A stretch of DNA of 64,000 bases from an uncultured Planctomycetota bacterium (GTDB lineage: Bacteria > Planctomycetota > PLA2 > JAEUHO01), in NCBI GenBank assembly GCA_963752285.1, contig CAVVXN010000001.1, positions 832,001 to 896,000 of the forward strand, read 5' to 3'. Below are positions 1 through 9,268 of this stretch, piece after piece. Under the pieces are notes generated by a model, which saw only the letters and a list, made by a program, of their open reading frames with translations, made no database searches and was not told the DNA's origin. Every line of letters starts with the position of its first letter. Position 1 is the first letter of the stretch. A program made the translations under genes and the position numbers.

Positions 1-1
1 C

Positions 2-841
2 GAGCGCGATCCCCTGGGATACACGCAGGGGGGCAACCTCTTTCGGTACTGCGAGTCTGACCCCACCAACGTGTCTGACCCGCTCGGCTTAGGGGACTTC
101 GAGGGGTGGGGGGGGCCCAAGAGCGAGATCCCGGAGACACCGGGCAAACCAGTCGGCGTGAGCATCGGCGAAGGCTCTGATCAGACCTCCATTCCAGGTT
201 TACTTTGGCAAGGCGGCTACCACCTGAACGCCGCAAGCGTCTGGGATGTGTTCTATGAGATCCATTGGTTCTATCTTGTGGGGCATGTAAGTACCCCGGT
301 AGGGGGCACGGTTTTCTGCGGACGGGTACAGACGCCCGCGGAAGGAGCGGGGAGCGAGGGGGGGGCCACGACGCAAGGAGGAGGCTGCGGGGGCGGTGGA
401 GGCGGTGGGGATAGGTGCCTTAAGTGCACATGGAGGGGACTTCAGAGAACGAACTGGTCCCTGTACGTCGAGTGGGCGTACCAGGTCACCGGCAAGCGTA
501 CCATCAATTGGCCGGACTTCCTCGCTAGGACGATCAGGCTTGGTAAGGCCGCGGCGGAAGTCATTACTGGATTGCAGGATGGCGACGCGCCCGGGACAAT
601 GAGCCACGTGCCGGAACTCTACAAGGTATTCATGGCTTGGTTATCGATAAGTAAATTCGGCGTGAGGATCAATGTCCTCAAGTCGGTGTACGACACATGG
701 GAGGACACGATCATTCTGAGCGCGAATTGCAGAGTGGTGGACTGCCCTCACACTGTCACGAGAGACCAGATGGGTTCGAAGGAGCTCTGCGGTCGCTTGA
801 GAGCAAAGTCTGGGGGTGGTGCCAGCGTAGGTCCACGGTGA
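2..841 (+). CDS. RHS repeat-associated core protein, 3' part (partial at window edge), with uncharacterised C-terminal putative toxin domain
   Basis: The frame from base 2 reads ERDPLGYTQGGNLFRYCESDPTNVSDPLGL, the canonical RHS core end motif (DPxG..NLYxY..P.N..DPxGL). It is followed by ~250 aa of unique, lower-GC sequence. Confidence 0.9.
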   Translation, partial: ERDPLGYTQGGNLFRYCESDPTNVSDPLGLGDFEGWGGPKSEIPETPGKPVGVSIGEGSDQTSIPGLLWQGGYHLNAASVWDVFYEIHWFYLVGHVSTPVGGTVFCGRVQTPAEGAGSEGGATTQGGGCGGGGGGGDRCLKCTWRGLQRTNWSLYVEWAYQVTGKRTINWPDFLARTIRLGKAAAEVITGLQDGDAPGTMSHVPELYKVFMAWLSISKFGVRINVLKSVYDTWEDTIILSANCRVVDCPHTVTRDQMGSKELCGRLRAKSGGGASVGPR

Positions 842-1113
842 GAGGCCCGGAGCGGGTGAGTGACGTTGCCCGAGTGGAGAACGCGGATGCGAATCCAGCG
901 GGGGCCTTCATGCCGGGGGTGCTGGTCGCGTCCGGCGCTTCGAGCGTGGGGCGGGTTAGGGTAGGGCTCCCTGACCGGGCGAGCTCTCGCGTGCCGGAAG
1001 CGTCGTTGACCACGGTAAGCTGCCTCGTAGTACGATCGGAAGGCGACGGGCTTCGCGGTGGCTATTGGCCAGCCCGGCGCCGGTGCCCTGGCGCTGCGGA
1101 AAGGAGAGCCCCC

Positions 1114-2733
1114 ATGGCGAGTCGACCCGCTTCGCGTGTTCGTGGTGACGGCATCTTCAGAGCGTCCCTCCTACTCGTGGGACTTCTCGCGGCGGCTTCC
1201 GAGGTCGCGCTGGCGGACAGTCCTGTTGCGCCCGCAAAACCAGCGCCCGTCCCCGCAGTCGATCTCGATCTGCTCCTGAATCAACTGTTTCCGCTGGTCA
1301 AGGATCCAGCCTTCAACAGCCTCGGGGTCCGGAAGGGCGAGGAGCTGACGCGCGCTGTATTGGAGCGACTTCCAGTGGGTCGGCGGGCGGACATCGCTCT
1401 CGGCCTCGGGGATGCGCGCATGGGGACCGCGATGATCTTCAGCGTTCCCGCCACATTGGACGCTTACGTTCTTGACTTTCGTCGGCCGGAGGACGCCCGC
1501 GTCTTCGTGAGCGCCATGCATGCCGCCTCTGAAAAGCAGGACGCGACGAGGGACGGCAATCCCGACACCGACCGGATTCTGGAGGCTACATACGAGAAGG
1601 GCGCCGGGCCGGATGGTCGCATGCCAGGCTACGTTGTCCGAAGGCGAAAAACGCGCGGCAATCGCCCTATCCAGGTACTCAGCGAGGTGGCCCAGTTGGG
1701 ATCGATCGTCGTCATGATCGATGTCGAGAACTTGGTGGACATCGGCCGCCGTGAACTCGATGACGCGATCGCGCGCGTCGAGTCCGCCCTCGCGAACCCC
1801 GACGCCGCGCGGAAGGCGCCGAGTGCGAGACCGGTCCTCCTCCGTTCACTCGGTCCACTGACGTCCGTGCGTGCGGTCGGAGCGGACGGCAGCCGAGTGC
1901 CCCGCTTCAACTACCTGGTGCAGTGGGAGGAGACGGGCGGCTACATGAGCGACTCCGGTGGCGCCGAGGGCGTCGCTCTGGTGCGCGTGCCGCCGCACGT
2001 ACCTTACGTGGTGAAAGTGTGGGCCGCCCGCTCCGCTGCGGACGGGCCGTTGCCCTGGGGACCGGCGTCAGGAGAGTTCAAGGCCGACACCCAGGATGCG
2101 GAGATCAGATTGCCAAAGGGTCTGACCCTCTCGGGCACCGTCCGCGACCGGCAGGGCGAGGCGGTCGAGGACGTTCGCGTGGTGGCAATCACGACGGAAG
2201 GTGAACGCGGGATGCCCGCGAGTGCGCTTCCACCGGGCGGACTAGGGGTGTCAGACGCCTTCGACGCGCACGGCCAAGACACGAGCGGGTCGGACGGGAC
2301 CTTCCACCTGCAGGGCCTCGGCCCAGCACGCTACCGGGTCACGGTTGCCCCCGATCGGGAGTGGTTCACGGTCAATGACGTGGAGTCCGATGCGGGGTCG
2401 GAAGCCCCAGTCACGTTGGTCGTCGAGAAGGCATTGGCCGTTGACGTCGTGGTTCTCGGGCCGGATGAGAAGCCAGTAGTAGGAGCCGAGGTATCCGCGT
2501 TCTCCGTCCAGAAAGGCCGAGTCACTTCCGTTCGTTGGGACCGTGATCTGTCGTTCACGACCGACGGATCGGGTGTGGCTCACATGCGCGGTCTGAGGCC
2601 GGGCGGGAACTACCGACTGAGCGTGCGTCCACCCAAGGAGCGAGAGGATCTCAGCTCGCACGATCAGGAAGACTGGTCGCCGGAGGCGACGATCGTGCGG
2701 CTCGACACAGTAGAGGCGGTCAAGACGCGATGA
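1114..2733 (+). CDS. Exported protein with C-terminal carboxypeptidase-regulatory-like (beta-sandwich) domains
   Basis: AAGGAG RBS at 1101-1106 precedes ATG 1114. Hydrophobic signal-like segment (LLLVGLLAAASEVALA). Repeats LSGTVRDRQGEAVEDVRV, SDGTFHLQGLGPARYRV and VLGPDEKPVVGAEV. Confidence 0.75.
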   Translation: MASRPASRVRGDGIFRASLLLVGLLAAASEVALADSPVAPAKPAPVPAVDLDLLLNQLFPLVKDPAFNSLGVRKGEELTRAVLERLPVGRRADIALGLGDARMGTAMIFSVPATLDAYVLDFRRPEDARVFVSAMHAASEKQDATRDGNPDTDRILEATYEKGAGPDGRMPGYVVRRRKTRGNRPIQVLSEVAQLGSIVVMIDVENLVDIGRRELDDAIARVESALANPDAARKAPSARPVLLRSLGPLTSVRAVGADGSRVPRFNYLVQWEETGGYMSDSGGAEGVALVRVPPHVPYVVKVWAARSAADGPLPWGPASGEFKADTQDAEIRLPKGLTLSGTVRDRQGEAVEDVRVVAITTEGERGMPASALPPGGLGVSDAFDAHGQDTSGSDGTFHLQGLGPARYRVTVAPDREWFTVNDVESDAGSEAPVTLVVEKALAVDVVVLGPDEKPVVGAEVSAFSVQKGRVTSVRWDRDLSFTTDGSGVAHMRGLRPGGNYRLSVRPPKEREDLSSHDQEDWSPEATIVRLDTVEAVKTR

Positions 2734-2734
2734 A

Positions 2735-3220
2735 GCGCGGTTACCGCCGCGGCGTCGCGGTGCGCTGACCTGCCACGGGACGCAGGAGGCGAAGCTCGCG
2801 ATCCTCGCGCTGGTGGCGCTCCTGGGCCCGCGTCTCTCCTACGAACGGGTCCGGATCTTCCTGCCGGGGCTGGGCCGGCGGGAGGCGAGATCGTGGCTCC
2901 GGCGCTCTCGGCGGGACTGGGCGCGGGCGCGGGAACGGGGGCAGGCGTTGCTCCGGTGGCTCGCTCCCGGGACGGTGTGGGCGATGGACTTCAGCGAGGC
3001 GCCCACTCCGATCGAGGGGCGGTACCGCTACCTGCTCAGCGTGCGGGACCTGGCGAGCGGGATGCAAATGGTGGCGCTGCCGTGCCACGACACGACCGAG
3101 GCCACGGCGACGGCGGCGCTCGAGGCGGCGTTCCTTGCGCACGGCGCGCCGCTCGTGCTCAAGACGGACAACGGCTCGGCGTTCCTCGCCGGGGCGTTTC
3201 GAGCGCTGCTCGAGGCATCC
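2735..3220 (+). pseudogene. Truncated DDE (rve integrase core) transposase remnant
   Basis: Reads GTVWAMDFSE..YLLSVRDLASG..GAPLVLKTDNGSAF, giving the first two catalytic Asp. There is no N-terminal HTH start and no catalytic Glu region; the frame degenerates after ~3220. Confidence 0.8.
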
Positions 3221-3356
3221 GTCACCGGCGTCAGCCGGCCGACCTCTCGCGCCTCGTCTTTGGACGACGCTGCGCATATTGGTGCGGCCTGTCGGCCGAG
3301 CCCCGGGGAGAACCATGGGAGGCGGGGCGCGCCGCGCCCTGGCCTTCGGCACCCGC

Positions 3357-4526
3357 TCAACGTGCGTCCGGGTCCGCGGAGGGGACCGCGGGCACGCGCT
3401 CCCAGAGGAGCGTCTCTCCGTCCCCGGGGCCCTCGTGGTCTTGGACCGCGCGCCGCCCGCCCGTCAAGAGGTGGCGCCCGTCCGGCGCGAACGCGACGCC
3501 CATCGGGTACCGCGTCGTGGCGTACTGGCGGATCGTCTGTCGAGGGAGCGCGGTCCGCGCGTCGCGGATCACGATGTCTCCCGTGCCTTCGACCGTGACC
3601 AGCAGCGTGGCGTCGGGGGAGAACGCGGCTTGGATCAGCAGCCGGTGGTTGGCGCTCGAGTCCGCCACGCCCGCTCCTTCGAGCTCGAGTCGGGCGATCG
3701 TGGTGCCGGCGGGCATCCGAAGGATCTGGAGCGCGAGCCGCGCGTCCTCGCCCGGCCGGCGGAAGCCCGTCTGGAACCGCGCCGGATCCGACGCGACGAG
3801 CCACAGCCGACCGTCGCAGCTCTCCGTCACGAGAAGACCCGGCCGCCGCTCCGGCGCACGGCCCGCGCGTCGAATCTCCGTCTCGAAGGAGTCGCGACGC
3901 ATCACCGCAAACCCGCCTTCCGCCAGGAAGCAGGCATCCCAGACCCCCTTCTCGGCGCCCGGGATCCGTGTGACCGCTCCGGACCCGAGGTCCGCCCGGT
4001 AGGCCGTCCCGTCGTCCACGACGACGATCGACGCGCCGTCCGGCGCGAACTGGACGCGCGCCGGCGAGCTCACGGCGGAAGTCGTCGGCGAGAAGGGCAG
4101 CGCGATCCGCCGGGCGAGGGTCCACGCTCCGTCGCGGAGGCTCAGCACGACCAGCGCCTGGCCCTGTACCGAGGCCATTCGCCTCGAGTCGTTCGAGAAG
4201 GTCACGCGATGAGAGGCTGGGGCACCTGCTCCTTCCGTCGGCCAGGCCTGCTGTCCCGTCGCCGCGTCGTAGACGGCCAGCTTCCCGTTGTAGCCATCGG
4301 ACACGCCGACCCATCGGCCGTCGGGACTGAAGGCGGCGTGCCACGGGAAGCTCACGTTTCGCGGACCGAAGGAACTGCGGAGCACGTAGAGCGGAGGCGC
4401 GGACGCCGAGTCCGGAGCGCCCATGGACGGGCTCGCTCCCGAGGCGAGGACCGACAGACACGAGAGCGCCGTGAGCAGGCGGCCCGCCGATCTGGAGCCA
4501 GGCCGCACATGGAGCGCGCCGTTCAT
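3357..4526 (-). CDS. Exported WD40/YVTN-type beta-propeller protein
   Basis: Repeats AAFSPDGRWV, VTFSNDSRRM, VQFAPDGASI, AAFSPDATLL and VAFAPDGRHLLTGG. N-terminal hydrophobic segment. Start taken at ATG 4526, not the track's 5075. Confidence 0.8.
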   Translation of the reverse strand: MNGALHVRPGSRSAGRLLTALSCLSVLASGASPSMGAPDSASAPPLYVLRSSFGPRNVSFPWHAAFSPDGRWVGVSDGYNGKLAVYDAATGQQAWPTEGAGAPASHRVTFSNDSRRMASVQGQALVVLSLRDGAWTLARRIALPFSPTTSAVSSPARVQFAPDGASIVVVDDGTAYRADLGSGAVTRIPGAEKGVWDACFLAEGGFAVMRRDSFETEIRRAGRAPERRPGLLVTESCDGRLWLVASDPARFQTGFRRPGEDARLALQILRMPAGTTIARLELEGAGVADSSANHRLLIQAAFSPDATLLVTVEGTGDIVIRDARTALPRQTIRQYATTRYPMGVAFAPDGRHLLTGGRRAVQDHEGPGDGETLLWERVPAVPSADPDAR

Positions 4527-4657
4527 GCGGCACGCGAGGACCCTGGTCGCCGATGGACGTGGCCCGCTGCGGGCCCGGCCCGGGACGCTCGCGGTGCCAG
4601 GAGCGACACGAGCAACAGTACCCCGGAGGCGGCGCCGAACCCGATGGATCGCCTCAT
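4523..4657 (-). CDS. Small signal-peptide-like ORF (44 aa), possibly a remnant
   Basis: GGAGGT RBS precedes ATG 4657. Sequence MRRSIGFGAASGVLLLVSLLAPRASRAG. Its stop overlaps the WD40 start as ATGA. Confidence 0.35.
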   Translation of the reverse strand: MRRSIGFGAASGVLLLVSLLAPRASRAGPAAGHVHRRPGSSRAA

Positions 4658-4797
4658 CTCGACCTCCGACGGAACAGGCCTCCATGAGAACGTCGGCGGA
4701 GGGCCCCCCCCTCCGTGGGGCGGTGCCACCTTCGCGGGAGCTCGCGGTCCGGGCCGCCCCCGGGGCGCACTCCGGGGCGCACTCCGGGGCGTTCGCC

Positions 4798-5613
4798 TCA
4801 GCGCCTCGTCGCAACGGCTGCCGCGTCGTCCCCCTCCGTGTCGTCCTTCCGAGCAACGAAGAACACCCGCCGAAACGGATAGGCCACGGCGCCGTTTCGG
4901 AGCGGGTAGGCCTCGCCGAGGCGCGGACGGAGCCGGGCCCGGAGCTCGTTCCAGTCCTTCGCGTCCAAGGTCGCGCGAACGGGCCGCATGGTCGTGCCTT
5001 CCATCCACGCGAGGACCGGGTGCTCGCCGTCCGGCGCCGCCGGAAGTCGGTGCACGTACGTCGTCTCCCAGGCATCGACCCGACAGCCGCACGCGACGAG
5101 GATCTCCGCGTAGTGGACGGCGTCGGGGACCGGCGCGGGCAGTCGTTCCACCAGCCCAGGCCGCTTCGATCCGATCTCCGCGACGAGCGCTCGAAGCGCC
5201 TGGTGCGACGGCGCGTCGTGGTTCCCCGGGACCTGGACAGCCAGCCAGGCGCCCGCCGGGAGCGCGGCGACCCATGGGGCGAGGAGGTCCTCGTGATGAT
5301 CCACCCACTGCAGCGCGGCGTTCGAGACCACCACGTCCGTGTCCTCCTCGGGCGACCACCTCCTCAGGTCTCCCTGGCGGAACGTAATGGGGTAGGCCGC
5401 GGCCCTCGCCTCCCGGATCATCTCGGGTGCGGAGTCGATGCCGAGGACGCGCGCCTGGGGCCAGCGCGCGGCGAGCGCCGCGGTCAGGTGGCCGGGTCCG
5501 CAGCCGAGGTCCACGACCGAGCGCGGCCGCGCGGCGCCGATGCGGGCGACGAGGTCGGAGAAGGGACGCGACCGCTCGTCCGCGTACCGCAGGTACTGGG
5601 CGGGATCCCACAT
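4798..5613 (-). CDS. tam: Trans-aconitate 2-methyltransferase
   Basis: MWDPAQYLRYADERSRPFSDL, VVDLGCGPG, SNAALQWV, WETTYVH and YPFRRVFFVA are typical Tam motifs. Confidence 0.9.
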   Translation of the reverse strand: MWDPAQYLRYADERSRPFSDLVARIGAARPRSVVDLGCGPGHLTAALAARWPQARVLGIDSAPEMIREARAAAYPITFRQGDLRRWSPEEDTDVVVSNAALQWVDHHEDLLAPWVAALPAGAWLAVQVPGNHDAPSHQALRALVAEIGSKRPGLVERLPAPVPDAVHYAEILVACGCRVDAWETTYVHRLPAAPDGEHPVLAWMEGTTMRPVRATLDAKDWNELRARLRPRLGEAYPLRNGAVAYPFRRVFFVARKDDTEGDDAAAVATRR

Positions 5614-5825
5614 GCCGTCGCGTCCTCGGCGCGCCTCGGTGACGCCCGTGTGCCGCAGGCTACCCGGGGACGAAGTGTCCACGTTCCGCGCGGCGCCGAC
5701 AGGTCGCCCCGCACGCGAGCGTGGATCGCGTGCCGAGGCTCCCGTCCGTTCGTATGCTCCCCGGGGTGGGTTCCGAATCGGTTCCGAAGCTCGCCCGGGC
5801 GAGCGAACGTCGGGAGGGCCTGCGG

Positions 5826-5987
5826 ATGACCATGAGACTGACGAAGAACCTCGGCATGCTGCTGCTCGGGATCTGGTTGATCCTGACCGGGTTGGTCCCG
5901 CTCCTTCACCTGAGCATCGCCCACCTGGGGACGATCCTGGGCCTCCTCGCCGTCGTCGCCGGGGTGCTCATCGTCCTCGGGAGATAG
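5826..5987 (+). CDS. Small two-helix membrane protein
   Basis: GGGAGG RBS at ~5812. MTMRLTKNLGMLLLGIWLILTGLVPLLHLSIAHLGTILGLLAVVAGVLIVLGR with host-like codon usage. Confidence 0.75.
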   Translation: MTMRLTKNLGMLLLGIWLILTGLVPLLHLSIAHLGTILGLLAVVAGVLIVLGR

Positions 5988-6077
5988 CGGCTCGGGCGAG
6001 CGATCCCTGCCCCGCGCCCTCCTGTCACGGGGCGGCGCTGGCCAGCGTCGTGGCGATCGGCGAGGATCGTCGGCGCG

Positions 6078-7955
6078 ATGCCGAGGTCCCGAGCCCTCTG
6101 CCTGGTCGTCCCGCTCGCGGCCGCGGTCGCGCTGGCGGCCGTGCTGTTGCTCCGGACGCCGGGTGCGCCGGTCCCGTGGCGGCCCGCGCCCGTTGCGGGC
6201 GGCGCGCCGGTTTCCGAACCACGCCTCACGGGGTCGGCCCGGCCCGTCGGCGTCGAGGCCTTCGTGCTCCGTCTGGCCCGCGCCGGCGACGAGACCGAGC
6301 GCCTCGCGGCCGAGCAGGCCCTCGTCCGGGCCGCGGCGGGGGATCCCGATCTCGTCCCGCGTCTCCTGGCCCTCGCACGGTCCGACCCGAGGAGCCTCGA
6401 CGCGCTGAACCTCCGTCTCGACGACGTCTTCCAGGCGCTCGCGCTCCTCCGGCGGCCCGGCGCCCTGGCCCTCGCCGGACTGCTGCGAGATCCCCCGCCG
6501 GCGGCCGGTGATGCCCGCGACGCCATCCTCGTCGCGCTCGCGAGCATGGGGCCCGAGGCCGCGCCGGCGTTCCCGGCGCTCCTCGAGCTCTTCGACGGAC
6601 CGCCCGCTCCGGGGCGCCGCATTCGGGTCCTCGACGTCGTGCGCGCGATCGGCCCGGCCGTCAAGGAGATGGCGCCGCGCCTCGATGCCCTGATCCGCCC
6701 GCCGGTAGACGACGAGGTCGCGGGCGCGGCGGCCCGCGCGCTCCTCGCCGTCTCCGGCCCGACCGAGGAGGTGCTCGCGACGCTGCGCGCGGCGATCGAG
6801 GACGAGGACACCGAGGCCCGGTCCGCGGTGATCCGGGCCCTCGCCGACGCCGGTGCGGCCGCGGCTCCGATGGTGCCCCTCCTCGTCTCGCTCCTGGAGG
6901 ACACGGAGTCCGAGGTCCGCGTGCAGTCCGCGTTCGCGCTGGGCGAGATCGGCGTCGCGTCTCCCGAGGTGATCCGGAGACTCTCCTGGCTCCTCCTCGA
7001 GGAACGAAGGGCCGTGCAGGTCTACGTCGGCAACGCGCTCGTGCGCCTCGGCGAGCCGGGTTGGAAGGCGCTCGGCGAGGTGGCGCGGAGCAGCGAGCAC
7101 ACGGGCGACCGCCTCGTCGCGCTCGAGGCCCTCGCGAACGCGAAGGTGGACCTCCGTCCGTGGGCCGACGTGCTGCTCCAGGTCATCGACGGCTCGTCCG
7201 AGTCGGGAGAGCGATCCGAGGCGGTCCTTCTGCTCTACTTCCTCGACCCTCCGCTCGAGCCCGCGCGGGTGCTGCCCGTGATCCGACGCGAGATCGCGCG
7301 GGGGCACGCCGCGGCCGTGCTGCTGCTCCTGGCGGCGACCCCCGGCGCCGAGGCGCACGAGCTGCTCCTCTCGTTCGCGCGGAGCGGAGGGGCGGAGACG
7401 CGCTTCGCCGTCGCCGAGGTGACCAAGCAGCGCGCGGGACAGACGGGGCTCGCGCGCGACCTGGTCTTCGAAGCCCTGGCGGGCACGTCGGACGCGCGGA
7501 TCCTGGCGCGGGGCTTGCGGATCCTGGCGCTCCTGCGCCCCCCGCTCGACGCCGGGGACCTGCCTTCGATCGCGCCCTACCTGCGGTCCGAGGACGCGTA
7601 CGTCCGCAGCGCGGCGATCGCCGCGATCGAGCCGATGACCGGCCCGCGCCGGACCGTAGACGCCGCGCTGATCGCGGAGCTCGACGACGATCGAAACCTC
7701 TACGCCGCGGCGTGGTCGCTGGCGCGGCGCGACGCGTCGGCGGCCGAGGTGGTCCCTCGTCTGATCCCCGCGATCGGCCGCGCCGCCGCGAAGGGTGCGA
7801 ACGCGTACGCCTTGGTCTGGCCGCTGTGCAAGCTGGGTCCGCGGTGGCCGGGAACCCTCGCCGCGCTCGACCGCGAGATCGCCGCGGCCGAGGCGCGCGC
7901 GCGCCCCACGCTCCAGAGCCTGAAGAAGTCGCTCGTCGAGCTGGCGTCACGTTAG
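6078..7955 (+). CDS. Membrane-anchored HEAT-repeat protein
   Basis: N-terminal TM helix and repeated HEAT/PBS motifs (LLEDTESEVRVQSAFALGEIG, LRSEDAYVRSAAIAAI). Confidence 0.85.
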   Translation: MPRSRALCLVVPLAAAVALAAVLLLRTPGAPVPWRPAPVAGGAPVSEPRLTGSARPVGVEAFVLRLARAGDETERLAAEQALVRAAAGDPDLVPRLLALARSDPRSLDALNLRLDDVFQALALLRRPGALALAGLLRDPPPAAGDARDAILVALASMGPEAAPAFPALLELFDGPPAPGRRIRVLDVVRAIGPAVKEMAPRLDALIRPPVDDEVAGAAARALLAVSGPTEEVLATLRAAIEDEDTEARSAVIRALADAGAAAAPMVPLLVSLLEDTESEVRVQSAFALGEIGVASPEVIRRLSWLLLEERRAVQVYVGNALVRLGEPGWKALGEVARSSEHTGDRLVALEALANAKVDLRPWADVLLQVIDGSSESGERSEAVLLLYFLDPPLEPARVLPVIRREIARGHAAAVLLLLAATPGAEAHELLLSFARSGGAETRFAVAEVTKQRAGQTGLARDLVFEALAGTSDARILARGLRILALLRPPLDAGDLPSIAPYLRSEDAYVRSAAIAAIEPMTGPRRTVDAALIAELDDDRNLYAAAWSLARRDASAAEVVPRLIPAIGRAAAKGANAYALVWPLCKLGPRWPGTLAALDREIAAAEARARPTLQSLKKSLVELASR

Positions 7956-8136
7956 AGGCTTCGTCGGCGGGCCCGCGGACGCGAGAGCGCCGCGACCGCT
8001 CCCGACCGGGACTCGAGCGCGCCAGATCCCGGTCCGGGACGGCGCCGTTCGCGATCCCGTCCGATCCGGCCCGGGACGGGGCCTCGACGTGATCGCGCGC
8101 TCGACGCGCGCCTCGCCTTCCCGGATACTCGCACGG

Positions 8137-8625
8137 ATGCCCGACCAACCCGCTCCTCGCTTCTCCGGATACGCGTACGGCGGCGCGCGCGCGCTCGTCC
8201 AGCTGCACGACCGCCACCTGCGGTCCTTCGTGGCCGTGTGGAAGCAGGCGTTCGAGGAGGGCGTGCCGCTCCCTCCGACGGACGATCCCACGTGCCAGTC
8301 CCTCGAGGCGATGCTCCGCCACGTGCTCGGAGCGGCCCGCAGCTACATGACGTGGATGTGCGAGCGTCTCGGGCTCGACGATCCGGGGATCGACCGGGTC
8401 CCCGAAGACGTGGCGCAGGATCCCGACGCCTACCTCGGGCACGTGCTCGCCCGGTGGGACGGCCCGCTCCGTTCTCTGGACGCGGAGACGGCCGAGAAGG
8501 GCGTGTACCCCTCGCGATGGGGGACGGAGTACTGCATCGACGCGATGCTCGAGCACGCGGTGATGCATCCGCTCCGACACGAGTTCCAGCTGGAACGGGC
8601 CCGCGCGGCGAGCCCCGTGGCCTGA
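8137..8625 (+). CDS. DinB/YfiT-like four-helix protein
   Basis: SLEAMLRHV and MLEHAVMHPLRH give a His pattern typical of the DinB superfamily. Confidence 0.65.
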   Translation: MPDQPAPRFSGYAYGGARALVQLHDRHLRSFVAVWKQAFEEGVPLPPTDDPTCQSLEAMLRHVLGAARSYMTWMCERLGLDDPGIDRVPEDVAQDPDAYLGHVLARWDGPLRSLDAETAEKGVYPSRWGTEYCIDAMLEHAVMHPLRHEFQLERARAASPVA

Positions 8626-8744
8626 CGCGCGGCCCGACGACCCGGGGGGGGCCGGATCCGACTCGGCCCGTGCGAGGTACACGCTCACGTGGCGGCGCGC
8701 GGCGACGGCGGAGGACCGGTGCGCGCGTTCTCTCGTGGCGTCGG

Positions 8745-9143
8745 TCACGCCGGTTCGTGGCGAACGACGGCGTCCGCCTCGATCTCCACCAGCATCTCGG
8801 GGTCGATCAGCGACCGGACCTCGACCATCGTGGTGGCCGGCGGCTGATCTCGGAACCGCTCGGCGTGCGCGCGGCCGATCTCGCGCCAGCGCGAGATGTC
8901 CGTGACGAAGATCCGCGTCCGGACGACGTCGCCGAACCCCGCGCCGACGTCGGCGAGGGCCCGTCCGATGATCTCGAGACACCGTGTCGCCTGCGCGTAG
9001 GCGTCGCCGGGCGCGTGGACGCCGCCCCCCTCGGCGACGGGGGCCGTGCCGGTCACGTAGACGTGGTCGCCCGCCCGAATCGCCCGGCAGTACCCGACCT
9101 CCGCCTCCCACGGCGCCCCCGAGCCGACCCGCTGGAACTCCAT
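8745..9143 (-). CDS. RidA/YjgF/YER057c family protein
   Basis: SGAPWEAEVGYCRAIRAGDHVYVTGT, DVVRTRIFVTDI, PATTMVEV and LVEIEADA. Confidence 0.92.
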   Translation of the reverse strand: MEFQRVGSGAPWEAEVGYCRAIRAGDHVYVTGTAPVAEGGGVHAPGDAYAQATRCLEIIGRALADVGAGFGDVVRTRIFVTDISRWREIGRAHAERFRDQPPATTMVEVRSLIDPEMLVEIEADAVVRHEPA

Positions 9144-9268
9144 GGCGTCTCCCTTCTCGAGCCGAGATCCCGGGGTGTTCATAGGCCGCGGGAGGTCCCC
9201 CGCGGTCCCTCGCGCTCCCGCGCCCGCCGGGCCACCCGGGCCGCGGCCCGGGGCGCGGCCGCTCGGTG

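Noticed and set aside
2735..3598. Intact IS element
   Set aside because: Only part of the catalytic core is present. No terminal inverted repeats or target duplication were found, and the ORF tail overlaps the WD40 gene.
4760..4792. 12-bp tandem repeat CCGGGGCGCACT (about 2.7 copies)
   Set aside because: Short, GC-rich and isolated, with no supportable function.
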